Positions 1 to 13,217 of a DNA stretch of 64,000 bases are shown in pieces; position 1 is the stretch's first letter, and each line of letters begins with the position of its first letter. Both the position numbers and the translations under genes were made by a program. The notes under the pieces are model-generated. The model worked only from the letters and a program-made list of their open reading frames with translations, ran no database searches and was not told the DNA's origin. The DNA lies in the NCBI RefSeq assembly GCF_024521635.1, contig NW_026250420.1, forward strand, positions 1 to 64,000, given 5' to 3'. Source of the stretch: Tricharina praecox (Eukaryota).

Positions 1-27
1 CTTTGCATCAGAGTTCCGCGGCCTAGC

Positions 28-718
28 TGTGACACCCCAATAGGTATCGGAGGTCACGACGGTCGCAAGAGATGTGATTAGATAGTCCGGGTGATTAGAA
101 TAGAGTTGCGAGCCGAAAGGATAGTTAGAAGCGATTAAGGACAAGATAGGCAGGAGGGAGCAAACGGATTTCAGAGTCTAGACAGTGATCGGAGATGCGG
201 GATATAGGGATAACAGTCCAGAGGACTTTGAGATCTCCGTTCATAGGGCCCCGCAGTAGGAACTCCGATCCAGGGAAAAACTGTTATGACGAGAAAATCG
301 AACATCGACCGATGGGGGCAGAGAACTTCGAGCGAAGAACTCTGCCGGCGCATGAGGGAGATAATTGCTCGGAAACTCCGATCTATCTTGGGCGCGTGGT
401 GTTTACCACCTGCCTAGTCGAGAAAACTATCCGAAGAGAGCTGACGACGACTCAAGGCTAGGCCGCGGAACTCTGATCCAAAGGAAGCAACGGAGCTACT
501 TTAGGCCGCACTCTAGAGGAATCACGTCCTGAGGATCGGGACGGCTATAAGTCGAACCGAGCGGGCAAGCGAACGAAACCACAGTCATCGCACCGACCAA
601 ACCATCGAAGAAACACCCTTAAGATTATACCGTTGTGAATTATCGAAATATCTGACTTTTATTCTACACTCGATACTACCATAAGACTCCGACGACGCAA
701 ACTCGTTCCAGTCTCACA
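28..718 (+). mobile_element. Solo LTR (691 bp) with 5-bp target-site duplication
   Basis: Begins TGTGACA and ends TCTCACA. CTAGC flanks both sides (23-27 and 719-723). Near-identical to the inverted copy at 719-1152. Confidence 0.9.
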
Positions 719-1166
719 CTAGCCTTGAGTCGTCGTCAGCTCTCTTCGGATAGTCTTCTCGACTAGGCAGGTGGTAAACACCACGCGCCCAAGATAGATC
801 GCAGTTTCCGAGCAATTATCTCCCTCATGCGCCGGCAGAGTTCTTCGCTCGAAGTTCTCTGCCCCCATCGGTCGATGTTCGATTCTCTCGTCATAACAGT
901 TTTTCCCTGGATCGGAGTTCCTACTGCGGGGCCCTATGAACGGAGATCTCAAAGTCCTCTGGACTGTTATCCCGATCTCCCGCATCTCCGATCACTGTCT
1001 AGACTCAGGAATCCGTTTGCTCCCTCCTTCCTATCTTGTCCTTGATCGCTTCTAACTATCCTTTCGGCTCGCAACTCTATTCTAATCACCCGAACTATCT
1101 AATCACATCTCTTGCGACCGTCGTGTCCTCCGATACATATCGGGGCGTCACAATTGGGGTGTCACA
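719..1166 (-). mobile_element. Inverted LTR of the same family, interrupted by the 28-718 solo LTR, followed by a 14-bp terminus of a third copy
   Basis: 719-1152 is the reverse complement of about 28-461. Bases 1-27 continue this copy (reverse complement of about 457-483). A second LTR terminus ATTGGGGTGTCACA follows at 1153-1166. Confidence 0.85.
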
Positions 1167-1294
1167 GTAGCGCTGACGCAAGAGCTTGTCTCAGTGAGCC
1201 TTTACAACACAGTTCCCCACAATAGAGTTTTCCGATCACGTGATTGGTGTATGGGGAGAGTATACAGTCACTTGGCTACTGTCACAGAAGTCTC

Positions 1295-1437
1295 AACAGC
1301 AGCACAACCAGAACACCGAACACGAACGGTGATACCCCTTAAGGTTATCCAGCATTAATTTATCCAAATCTCTGACTTTTATTCTATACTGCATATCTAT
1401 CCAGACTCCGACGTCTCGAAACCTTTCCAGTCTCACA
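1295..1437 (+). mobile_element. Diverged 3' fragment of a related LTR
   Basis: TCTGACTTTTATTCTA...AGACTCCGACG...TTCCAGTCTCACA matches the 3' end of the 28-718 LTR. The left boundary is approximate. Confidence 0.7.
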
Positions 1438-1571
1438 CACACCGTGTGGCTACACCAACTCCGACTTTGCGGTGGACTGTGCATATTCGAAATCGCAAGC
1501 TAGCTACATTTTTACCGCATAAAGCCGACTCATCTCCTGGCAACAGCGGAAACAGACACCTGTTGGGACAC

Positions 1572-1960
1572 CCACTGTCATGGTTCACAAATCCTGGCCT
1601 TAAGTAGCTACTGGGATGATGACCTTCACCCATCAAAATTCTCTTGGGCGAGTGATATAGTACTTTCCCAGTGTACTTTATTACAGTTTGATGGCTATCA
1701 GGGTTATGAGTTCAATTTTCACTGCGAGCAGTTACTTTCCTCTGCTGCAGCGTTGTTCAGGAATTGCATGGCTTACAGTGAGTGATGGTATAAGATTGTT
1801 ATCATGAAATATTACTCATTGGGGGTTAACTACCTGAAGGCTTCCTGGAGTAAGCCCCTACAGAGGGGATACTGTCACGTTTCAGAAATCCTTGCGTTGA
1901 GTAGCTACTGGGATGATGGCCTTCAGCCATCAAAACACTTTTTGGGCAAGTGGTATAGTA
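1572..1960 (+). repeat. Diverged ~90-bp direct repeat (about 1572-1661 and 1869-1960)
   Basis: Both copies share AGTAGCTACTGGGATGATG.CCTTCA.CCATCAAAA...TTGGGC.AGTG.TATAGTA. Confidence 0.75.
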
Positions 1961-1969
1961 ATTATTACA

Positions 1970-2305
1970 CCCACCACCGAAGCAGAATACCCAGCCTGTT
2001 CGGAAGAGGTTAAAGAGGTCCAATGGTTTACATGTCTCCACAGAGATGTCACTGGCATGACAGTAGTACCTCTACTGTACACAGACTCACGGGGCACCCT
2101 ATCAACAATTTATTCGGGATTTTTGAGCACTAAGACCAAGCACACCGACATACAGTTTCACAACAGTCGCGACCTACACTCGAAAAGAATCGTGAATTTG
2201 TCACGAGTATCCACGGACGAGAACCTCGATGATCTTATGACCAAGGCGCTCGGCCCTGACATGCACACCTACTTCACCAACCGGATCTGTATGCGCACAC
2301 AATAA
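1970..2305 (+). pseudogene. Ty1/copia pol remnant, RNase H C-terminal part
   Basis: TTEAEY, LYTDSRG, KTKHTDIQFH and STDENLDDLMTKAL match the copia RNase H motifs (STTEAEY, xDN, KHIDI, NxADxxTK). Confidence 0.85.
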
Positions 2306-2520
2306 TTTTCCGATCTTTTTCTTTCCTTTTGGTTCTCATTGGAATTTCACTTCTCATGTACGGCGTGTTGCGAGCTGGTACTCTTTCCTAGCAGGTTTTT
2401 CCCACGAAGGTTTACTGCATAGGTTTTAACAAGGCTCGCGAGGATAAAACACATCTTTTCTTTTTTCATTTGTTTGTCTTCTTGCTGCTTATCTCCTTTC
2501 ATTGTACGGAACACAGCAAC

Positions 2521-2756
2521 AGGGGGAAGTGTCATAATCTCACGAACTTCCTTGTACCGCGTCACTTCCGCGGACCAGGTCATTAGCGATCACTCGCTAT
2601 GTCGAGGCACTTCCATTATCCCTTCTCACATGGAGGTGCCGAGCGGCTGCGTGGAGCCTCTATCCAAGGCATCCCCTGGCCTTCCTGTATATATACCTTT
2701 CCTTCTGTCGTGTCTGTTACTCAATACACTATCTCGCGATACCACTTTTCTTGATA
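2521..2756 (+). mobile_element. Polypurine tract plus copia 3' LTR (2530-2756)
   Basis: AGGGGGAAG immediately precedes TGTCATAATC. The LTR ends TTGATA, where the second copy has TTGACA. It lies downstream of the RNase H remnant. Confidence 0.75.
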
Positions 2757-2770
2757 GGTTATAACCCCAG

Positions 2771-2924
2771 TGTCAAGAAAAGTGGTTCGAATAGAGGCCC
2801 CACGCCGCGGCTCGGCACCTCCGTGTGAAAACGGATAACGGAAGTGCCTCGACATAGCGAGTGATCGTTCATGACCTGGTCTGCGGAAGTGACGCGGTAC
2901 ACGGAAGTTCGTGAGATTATGACA
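2771..2924 (-). mobile_element. Internally deleted inverted copy of the copia LTR
   Basis: The reverse complement runs TGTCATAATCTCACGAACTTCC...CCACTTTTCTTGACA and aligns with 2530-2756 with an internal gap. Confidence 0.8.
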
Positions 2925-4371
2925 GGTTTTGGGGGCGCATTCACTTGGAAATGTCCACCAGCCTCTTCCCATGGCGGGTACCTATTAGAAGCTTGCGGGA
3001 TATAAGGTGGGATCCATCTGGCCCGTTATATTCGACACCTTCTGCCGCAGCGAGCTGGTTGATATTGCCGTTTGACACGGCGGCTATCGATGTATACTGC
3101 GAAAACCCTACGGTGAATGTGCACACACCTGAAGCCGCCGCAGGCGCGTGGTCGAATGACGCAAAAGCCGGGTTGATTGCTGCCAAGAGTTGCCGACGAC
3201 GAAGGATGTGTCCATAGTGACCCAAGTGCCCTGGTTATCTAGAAGGTTTAAATTCTACTAGTCATAGACGACATCGCCGGCATCCGAGACCGCAAGATAA
3301 CTGGCATGAAGGATCTTCGTCATGTGCCGCAACTTTTTAATTGCGTTGGTAAGAACGGTAAAATGACCCAACTGATGGCGGCCGGTAGATCAGGATCTGT
3401 GCGCACTATGACCGAGATGGCATCACTGAAAATAATACCGCTGCCTCTCCGCAGCCCTTCAGAACGAATCGGAGAGCTGACACGCATTCATGGCCAGATG
3501 CCTTTTATCGGGCACTACCACCTTGAGCTCTATCGCATTATCACTCGACAGCCTGTTCGCATTACCCACAGGCCAGTGCCCACCGCCTTGAATTATGCCT
3601 CCTGTGGCGCCCACCGTCGGGAGTGTCTTGTCATCAACAAATCGCCTCACCGTCGCCGCCGCCGTCGCGCACGACTCATCAACTATTGCTGCAGTCCCGT
3701 CTCGGTCGTCGCCACTGCCTCACTCCCACCGTCTCACCCTCAGCCATGAACGAATCTAAGAAAGTAAAGCTCTTCATATCACGTATCCATAAACTCAATG
3801 TCCCGGACACAGCCGGTCACCCGCTAAAATCGTGCCCAGTATTATCAACCAACTTCAAATTGTCTCTCAATGTTCACATCGGCTTGGATATCTCAGATCT
3901 CTTCCTGTGCTCGTACGGAGAGCGTACACCGACATGGAACATCTGGCTGGGAGTCACTGAGGTAGCCATCGTTCCCTGTTGAGACTCGAGAGGGACTCGA
4001 AGTTCGATCACTGTACGGTGCCGGGATGGTCGCCACGCAACACTCCAGAATGTACCGGGGCTTGGGGAGAGCGTATGCTGGTGGGCCACAGATGGGCGGT
4101 GGTGGACAGCACTAATTGCGCATGCGGAGGTCAACGGGGCGGAGGGGGCCCAAGGCAGACCTACTAATAGTAGGGCAGTTCAGCCAGTTATCCGTTCAAA
4201 CCAGTTCCTCTAAACTCACTAATAAAAGCAAATAAGCGTGCTCAAGCTTCAAGCTTGACTACGTTTCAGCTACGGTCCTACGGACGTCATCTGTCCGGAC
4301 TTATGGTCAGTTCAAGCCATGTTATCAGTACCGGAAAGCATATTCTCTGAGTGCAAGCAGACCGTCACAGA

Positions 4372-4530
4372 CAGTATTCTCGATAGTCCTGTCCAGACTG
4401 CAATCCGGACGGGACGGACTGCCAAGATTCAGTCCCGTCGGTGACTTCGGGAGGACGGGATTAAGGTAACCGTCCCGTCCGCCAATTTTCCGGACGGAGT
4501 TGGACTGCAGTCGACTGCAGTCCTGTAGTG
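4372..4530 (+). mobile_element. Probable DNA-transposon/MITE terminus (possibly hAT-like)
   Basis: CAGTATTC start and repeated GACTGCAGTC palindromes. Homologous in inverted orientation to 57125-57283. Confidence 0.5.
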
Positions 4531-6820
4531 AAAAAACGTGCCACGCTTTTCAGCCCTTACCCCAGCAAATATGACAGGATTTCCCACTATCGTGTGTTTA
4601 ATTGCGTCTAGTACCAGCAAAGCCGCGCCACAATCGTCGTCCAGTATCAGCCACGCCGCAGGCTCATGTTCGGCCCGTGCTCATACTATACTCATACGTC
4701 CCTCAGCCACTACAAGCACCGATAACATGCTTGGACCTTTTTCTCTTATGATTCATGTTGCCTTTTTTTTTTCTGCCCCTGTTAGCAGTAGACTACAGTC
4801 CGGCCACAGGCAGAGCACGTACATACACACTATCAATCGTGAGATGATACATTCCCGGCCCTGACTAGGCTACCTAAAAACAATGCGGAGACAGAATGCG
4901 GTAGGTGAGGTGCGGTGTCTAGATACGCGTGACGCGTTTAACTACCTTTGCGTGGCGACGAGGAAGGTGCCGACTTACGTCGGCGCGAGTCGCTGCCGAC
5001 GTTGCGTTGCCGAATCGGAGACGCTGGGCGCTGGAGGCGGCAGGTGCCAACAACGTGGAGGATAACTACCTACTCTAACTGCCGCACCCGAGACGCTGGT
5101 TGTATGTGCTCTACGGATTTAGCCCGCGCACCGGCCGCCCAATCGCCGACTCCCGACACACAAGCGCCGAGTGATAGAGTGACAGAGTAAGAGACTCAAG
5201 ACACTGAGACAGAGGAGTGCCGAAACGCCGCTTTACTTTACGCCCAGAATACCTTAGGTACGTCCAGACCCTGCGCCAATCGCGTCGGGACTCGGACGTT
5301 ATCACCGCTGTCATACCGATATAGTGGATTTGTACTTTACGGTATCGGAAAGATACATACCGTACTACCTCTATCAACAAGATGATTTTCCGGCAGGTAC
5401 TTTACGGTCGGCAGTGAGTGGCGTGACGGGCCTGGAGTCTGGACTTTGGACAAACGCATTCGCGCAAGGGGGAAAGTACCGTGAATACTCGGCTGATACT
5501 ACGGTATTCACCAAGCCAACCCACGGGAAAGCCAAGCACCTGGCGCACCTGGCGCACAGCTTGCAGACAAGACACCCGATCTTGACTGCGCGCGTTTGCT
5601 GCTAGACAGCCCTCCACTTCCCGGCTACACATGCGACTCCTCGCCGCGTTCTCCTAAGCGCACTCGGCGCTGACGCTCTCGCGCGTTATACCCAGTATTA
5701 CTAGCACCACATCCCCCACCACGCACCCGCAGCCGAGACATCCTACCATGCGATGCATACCTATGCCAGGTAGGCATTGCATCATCATCTTCTTCTTCTT
5801 CTCCCGTCTCAACCCAGCAGATCCACATTCCAGAACATCTCTTCACCCCTACAAAGTAGGTAAATCCGAGTAACTACGCCGTCAACATCCCGCACAGTGC
5901 ACACTGTTCCTGCCATGTACCAAGTACTTTAGAGTAAATAGGAGGAAGTGGCTTCCGCGGGAGATTGAGCACGAATCAGGGGTCAGCTGGGGTGGGGTTA
6001 ACTACTCTATATGTATGTAGATGGCGGGGGGCGGGCGGGGGGTGCTGGGGTGTGGCTTGTCGACGGCGACGGATCTGACACGCACATCGCATGCACATCG
6101 CACGCACGTCCTACACGATGCTACTAGTGGTAGATTGTTGTGGATACTAGATATTCTATTTCTGTACGGTTTGAAGATGCGGGCATGGGCAGGGGCACGG
6201 GTTGAGACTCGAGACTCGAGACGCGGTGGAGTATCGTTTCTGGAATCTAGACCGCCGCTAGAGGATGTAATAGTGCCCTGCGGCTATATTTTCCGGTTGC
6301 TCGATTTATTTCAGGCAATCAATTCGCAGTGTCAGCAGAGAGCACTTCTTTCACGTGCGGCATAGCGATGGAGGTAATGGATGATCGATACTGCGGCTAC
6401 GGTGGTAGGTCTCGACTCCCACCGTCTCAAAGAGTTTGGCCATAGGTGGGGTCCGCGCGTCCCATAGATTGACGGGTGGGTGTCATCTGACGTGGTAGGA
6501 GGTATAGTAAAGCATGAGTGGCCAGCAGACCGTGCTGGGCAGGATAAAAAGTCCCGGGCGGAGCGTGAGCTGTCGATTCACTGATATGGACAATTAGATC
6601 GTTCCCCCTGGTACCTACTACGTAGAACGAACGAGATTCATATTGACAGAGATAGTTATCGATCCATCATGGAAGTCAATTCACAAACACACATACACAC
6701 ACACACACGCAAGTAATCAACAAAAACAACCAAAGAAAACCCTGCTCCCAAAATATAATCATGCATCCATATCCATAACCCATCTCACAGCCGGCGTGAC
6801 CGAACCGAGTTTCACACCGT

Positions 6821-8546
6821 TTATAGCGTGTACGTAAAGTCTGGGTGATTCTCAATGTGCTTGCCCTCTTTCTGTTTCTTGTTCATCGTCTTGAAGTAGA
6901 CGGACATTCCCGCAACAGCGAGGAGGATGAAGAACTGGCAGGCGACGGACGCCCAGAGACCCGGGAGGTACTTTGGCGCATCGACGGTTCGGAAGATGGT
7001 GGAAGCGAAGATACCGCCGATGGCGCCGAAGCCGACCTGCAGAGCCGAGCCGACGCTACGCTTCGAGTTCATGCGGATGTTGTTGCTCTGGTAGGACAGG
7101 ATGGCAGGGACATTACCCTGTGCGCCGGCCAGACCCAGGAAGGTTCCGAAGTAGCGGGCACCCTCGTTTGTGGAATAGGCGGTGGTCAGAAGGCCGACGA
7201 TGCAGATGCATGCCTGCATCGCGATGACAGGTCCGCGCATGCGCATCTTGTCGGCGAGAACGGCAAAGAGGAATCCGACGATACAGGCGAAGACGTAGGG
7301 GGGTGCCGACATCAGCTGGGCCTTCTCGGCTGTCCAGCCCATTCCCTCGAAGATGATGGGAAGGAAGTATCCGAAGGCGTACGAAGGCATGGTGGAGCAC
7401 ATGAAGAGCACGGCACTGAAACACCCATATATTAGCACGGAGATGCATCCGTAGGGAGGAGAAAGAAAACGTACAAGACCCAAAGCTTGAAATCGGACAG
7501 ATGCGTTCCAACTTTGCCCCAGGTGATGGGATCGGCGGCCGAGTCGTCACGATCGCGGTCGATTCTGGCCTTGATCATCTCGACGTCGGCGGCGGTAAGG
7601 AACTGGCCGTTGCGCTTCTCGATGACCTTGTCGGGGAAGTCGATGATGGTGACGTATGCCAGAAGAGCGAGAAGACAAGTGATGACACCTTCGATGATGA
7701 AGATCCACCGCCAACCACGGATGCCAGCGATACCCTCCATCTTCATGAGACCGAAGGCCAGGATGGCCGAGAAGCCACCGACGACGACGGAGAACAGGTA
7801 GAATCCAGCCATTCTGAAGCGCCTTGTCAGCCCCCGTATCTCCCGATACACTCAGAGGATTTCCAAACGTACCGTTTTTGCACCTCGAACCGGCAGTACC
7901 AGCAGCTGACAAGGTAGACACAACCAGGGAAGAAACCGGCCTCGAAGAAACCGAGAATCGTACGACACACAACCAAGGTCCTCCAATCCTGAACGAAGCC
8001 CATTCCGATCATGACGGCACCCCACGCCAGCGCAATGGAACCGAGCCACTTTGCCGCGCCCACCCTCCGAAGAACAAGATTGCTGGGAAGTTCAAAGATG
8101 AAGTACTGTCGAGGAGAGTCCAATCAGCTTTTTTTCTTTCTGTTTTTGCGATTCTCCAGGGAAGCTTCTTACCGGTACGAAAAACACCAACAGGGCAATG
8201 CTGTATCGGGCGCCAATCTGCAAATCAAGGTCCACTCTCATACCCGCAATGTTGGCGTTCGACATGTTGGTACGATCGATCAGGGCCACCGAGTACAAGC
8301 CACCCAAGATTGGGAGCAAGCGCCAATCGACCTTGTGGCTGTATGCGACTTTCCGTCAGCTATCCATCCATTAATCCATCCATCCGCCGCCACCGGCCGC
8401 CGTAGCCCGTCGACGACTCGAAACACAATTTTTTTTGTTTCTTACATGATCCTTCTCTCGTACTCCAGGTCTATTCCGGACTCCCGGTCCGAAGAGCTGG
8501 ACTTTGCCATGTTGACGTGCTCGACGGTTTCCTTCTCGACCGACAT
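6821..8546 (-). CDS. MFS transporter, ACS (Tna1/Dal5-like) family, about 477 aa, 5 exons (8546-8446, 8338-8173, 8105-7873, 7813-7475, 7415-6821)
   Basis: Motifs KVDWRLLP, IDRTNMSNANIAG, ELPSN, EAGFFPG, GWRWIFIIEG and SAPPY. Four GT-AG introns join the ORF pieces in frame (1434 nt). Confidence 0.93.
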
Positions 8547-9208
8547 TGTTGGTTTCGCCGAAGTTGAAGTGTTTTGCGTGTGTTGTCGCCTTATCACCAG
8601 GACGATTAGGGACTCGAAGGGACGGAGGAAGGAACTGGAGGAACGGATGGAGAGTGTTTTATGGATGTCCAGATGATCGAAATCTCAGGCCCAGGTACCC
8701 CGTCTTTATAAATCCGAACGGACGAGGAGCCATGTCAATCGGCGGGGTAGCTAGCGCACACACGAGAGAGAACCATAACCCCGTACCCATACCCCGTAAC
8801 TACCATAGCCCGCTCCCAGCGAGCCAGGCAGCCTGCAAGCTGCACGCTACCTGCCTGCCTACCTGTAGCCCGAGAAAAATAAATTCCACTCTGCTTGCTT
8901 GCTTGGTGGATCCCCGTCAGATCTCCGTCAACAATCGAGGGAACGAACTTACTCTACAAGCACCTGCCATGGCCGAGGTTCGTTTGGGGAACTATTTCTC
9001 TCGGCGGTCGACGTGACACCTCCCACATCAGGCATCGCCCCCCCCCCCCCCCGCAAGTGCACCGCACTCTGCAGCACATCGGTTGTGGAGAATGCTTGAA
9101 GGTTACGGTTAAAAAGCAAATCGACGAGGGCCATCCTCCCCGCAACTGCGTCGATGATGTCGTGCAACCATGCCACTGGATCCGCGCCAGTATTGTGTAC
9201 GGTCGAGG

Positions 9209-9300
9209 TTGTAGAGGATGTAGAGGATGTATAGTAGAGTACTCAGAGTATGTAGTGCATGTAGAGTATGTAGCGTATGTAGAGCATGTATAGAGTAGCA
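9209..9300. repeat. Degenerate 9-bp minisatellite (TGTAGAG.A)
   Basis: tgtagagga tgtagagga ... tgtagtgca tgtagagta tgtagcgta tgtagagca. Confidence 0.6.
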
Positions 9301-12300
9301 GAGTAGGGTAGGGTACCCGTCGGCATGCCTACCAGCCCATTGCTTTTTCCAGGCGCGCACCACCGGCCAATCGCTACTGACCGATATTCAACGTTGACGA
9401 CCCAACGTCCGCACATACGATACGATATACCGGTCGAGGACAGACTTCACGTCAACCGATATCACGAAGACAAATCCAAAAAAAGAAAACACAGAAAACA
9501 AATCCCGCGCGACAATGCAGATTGCTCTCGACCTGGCATCCGATCCAATGGGCCTCCACCCACCCAGCCCGAACGCAATCAATCAATCACGCAGATGAAA
9601 GCGAAAGTGCAGCCGAGAAACAATCTGATGCCCGTGATCGTGGGATGGATGGATGCCTTCCCACCACCACCACCGTGAACGTGACGGCGCCCTTCCCCGC
9701 CTCGTGATCAAAAGGATTGCCAACCGGCTCTTTTTCTTCGGAGTCGGTGCAGCTAACCTTACGTGGATACCGTATCTGCCAGTCCCCCCCAGATTTTCCC
9801 AGCCCCATGGGAAAGTCTGCGGATACCAAGGTAGGTATGATATGTAGCAAGGTAATATGTAGTGTAGTGCCAGACGGTGCCATACCGTGGTTATATTTTG
9901 GCAGCCCACGTACCGTACATATCTTCAAAGCGTGGTATGATAGGTAAGTACTTAGGTACCGTATAGTACCACAGATCGGAAAAGGCGAAGAATTCCACTT
10001 CGAGCCCCATTGGGTTTTGACAAGCAAGCAGGCAAGCATCCAGCCTCGGCTCCAGATCTATTCCCCGGTGAGGAAAGATATCGAATCAAATCTCTTTCTG
10101 CCTCAAACCTGAGGCAATACCTACCATACTTACATACCCGTTTGAACTGTGAACTGAACCCGTCCATGCCCAACTGCAAATTGTCATTGTCATGTCACTC
10201 AACGTTTGACAGGAACTAGAATAGAGTACTGTCAAGTAGAGTAGAGAGCTGGAACTTCGATCTCCAGTGTGTGTGATCCCTCTCCCCCTTTTTCCTGCTT
10301 CTTTTTCGGGAGAGGGTTTCTTTTCGAAACGATCCTCGGGTTTGCGACCGGGAATACCTAATAAACATGGCACTCTACTCTACTTTTACGATATTGCTGG
10401 CGCCACAGGTCCATGATCACTGGCTGGCTGTCAAGTTCCAGCTGGTAAGACCGTGAGACAGAAATCCGGGGTAGCCTACCGTAAGCTCTACTATTAGTAC
10501 CTACTACCACTACTTACTCTATGTGGATATCTACAGTTCGGGCCCACGCCATTTCCCTCTGAACCTCCCCGCCACGCCCGCACTTTTCCTACCCACATAC
10601 CATGTACATACCGTAGCTCGCCAGTACCAAGCGATACATACGGTACTTTCTACTTACTTGTATCTACCGGCCACTGCAGTAGACTCTAAAGTACAGTAGT
10701 CAACTCCATAGGCATGAGCGATCGAGACGCCACCAGCTCGCATGACGCCAAAAAAGAAGGAAAGGAAGTGGGAAAAAGGAAAGCCCTAAGCAACAGCCGC
10801 GGTACTTTTCATGCACCTCCGACCACAGCCAAGCCTGCTCGATCGATTTTAAGGTCAGGCACCAACCACTGATAGTCGCAGACGGGTGCTGTGGGTCCGA
10901 GTGCCACACTCTACAACTCCACAACTCCACAACTCCACAGCTCCATTCTCCATTCTCCACGCTCCACACACACGCATGGCTGGAAGCTTCCATTCGATAT
11001 CAGTATGTATGTTTGTATACAGTCATCATGTGTCGATCTTGGTTTGGCACTCGACCACCGGTCCAAGCATGTATCCCTAGCCCGTGACTGACTACATAGA
11101 GTGCACACTCACCTGTGTCGAAACCAGCGCCAGGGCACGCACAGCACCATCGTTATTCCGGGTACACCGAAGTCCCCTCGATTCTTTTTTCCCGTCCGTT
11201 AGCATCCGACGTTTTCAAAAGCGCCTGCGAGCACATCCAACCAACACCCTCCCCCCTCCCCCAGGCGAAACCCAACCAAACCTCCACCTCCCTCTGACAA
11301 TCCGATGATCCAGCTAGGTATCTGTGGTCATCGATTATTGGCATCATCATCATGATGATGCACAACCCGCCCCTCTACATACTCCAGCTGACGCTACCGG
11401 TAACTAGACGTTCACCACACCACACCACACCACACGGTAGCCCCGACCGGCCGTTGCGGTTATCCCAGTCTACATACATAGTTCCGTCAACGGCAGCGCC
11501 TCCCTCGGTCTACGGTGTGCGACAGGTGATGCTGGTGGTGATTGGCCAGGCGGCGCTTTCGAGGCGGGGATAGCCGTGCCAAGTTCTTGGTACTGGTGCT
11601 GGTGGTGATGGGTGGTGCTGGTGATATTTATCCCAGGCCGTACGTTTGGTGGTAGATATGTACCTTCTACAACGAGGTTGGGCGAGAGTTGAAAGTTGCG
11701 CGACGCCTACACCAATCCAGCCTCTCGCGATATGTTCAGCTCCATTACCATAGTAGAGGTACATATAGGTAAGCATTCACAACGGGACCTATATACCTGT
11801 GTGTCTATTGTTCGTCACGCCAAAGTGGCCGGCGACAAAGTCTGCAACCCCTCCAGCGACGGACGGGCTTCGCCAAAGTCCTGTACATACACACGCTAGT
11901 CGACTCGCGTTGCTCGGTTAGTCCGATGCGGGGAAACTCGGCTGGAAGGTTGGAACACCACTGTGAGGGAAAAACCTGGGGCCCCGGATCCAGTCACGTT
12001 GCTAGGGAAGCTAGTGTTAGCGTAGCGTGAGACTCGCGCTTGCGATGTCCCAAACCACTGAGCCAAGTGGACGAGCGGAACTCGATGCGGCGGCGCTGGG
12101 GGAAGAGGAAAGTTGGAACACATGGTGCCTCGGTGTCGGAACGGAGAGGAGCCAGTCGCCGCAAGCTACCTAGAGAACAGTGCGAAAGACCACCAAGATC
12201 TCGCCTCGTCGCTGCGCCTGATGACGAGGTGATTCGTGGGTCGTGGGTCGCCAGCCGATCGTCTGCCGATCGCGGCAAAGTCGACGGCATGTCGTTTTCC

Positions 12301-13117
12301 CCACACATTCTTCGCCGCCACGTTAGAAGCACGTCCGGGAGCCCCGATGCTGAACTCCAGTTGCACACGACACGAGTATCTTGGGTGAAACGAGCGCGGC
12401 TGCCAGGGCTGACTCGGTAAAGTACCAGTGCGGACAAGCCCGCTGTCGCACCTCGGCGGACACGGACACGGGTACGCAGTGAGGTTCCAGGGTGCCCCGG
12501 AGACGGCGTTTTCTTCTCTCGGCTCGCTGAGAATTCGATGGAGCTTCGAGTGGCCTAACCATCGCCGATACCTACTCAGCGAAGGATATTCTCTGAATTC
12601 ACCATGGCTACACACCTCTGTACGTACCGTATTTGCATCACCTTCTGTTCACCACACAGAATGACCCACCGGAGCCTTCCCCGTACCTGCTTCCCATTTC
12701 CACGGAACGCACCCGGAGCATCGTGTCGGAGCCGCGATATAAGATATGCGATATCGACGGAACTTGCCCGATATTATAGCTGCCCACCCCCGCTCCCCGC
12801 ATGTCAACGTCGCACTAGTCCGAAGAAATGATGGAAACTGTCGCTGTGAGACATGGCGATCATTCCATGTGTTGTGTCAAATCGGACTGAGACTAATCGC
12901 ACGGCCTTGGGCCTCCGTCGTATGTAGAGTAGAGTACTCCCGTTGTGTAGGATGTATTTATGGTCGCCTCTTTCCTTTCCTGCCCCGCGAGGTGACTTTG
13001 ATATGCAGAGTGGGTTGTACTATAGACCGTTCTCCGATGTCAACCCGACGATGAATGACTGCGCCCGTGCTTGTCTGCTACGATCTATAACCCACGTCTT
13101 TGAATCTCTCATAACTA

Positions 13118-13217
13118 GTCAACGTGGTGGAGTGGTTAACACGTTCGCCTGCTATTCCAACTCTGGAGAGCTCAGCGGATGCCTTCGGGCGCGCAGGTTC
13201 GAATCCTGTCGTTGACG
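13118..13217 (+). tRNA. tRNA-Ser(GCT) with a ~19-nt intron
   Basis: Acceptor stem GTCAACG/CGTTGAC, discriminator G, A-box TGGTGGAGTGG, anticodon arm TTCGC-CTGCTA..A-GCGGA, long variable arm GCCTTCGGGC, B-box GGTTCGAATCC, downstream T-run. Confidence 0.93.

Noticed and set aside
195..985. Twin 88-aa ORFs (195-461 and 719-985) as genes
   Set aside because: Both lie within copies of the same LTR and show no recognisable domain.
2945..3400. Possible copia gag remnant
   Set aside because: The position is suggestive, but I could not read an intact CCHC knuckle or any other motif.
4780..5379. Possible solo LTR (TGTTAG...TCAACA)
   Set aside because: No matching TSD and no second copy in the window.
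11896..12700. Overlapping GC-rich ORFs
   Set aside because: No motif, splice pattern or repeat partner recognised.
13118..13217. Selenocysteine or suppressor tRNA
   Set aside because: The anticodon is GCT, and the extra length is explained by an intron and the normal Ser variable arm.
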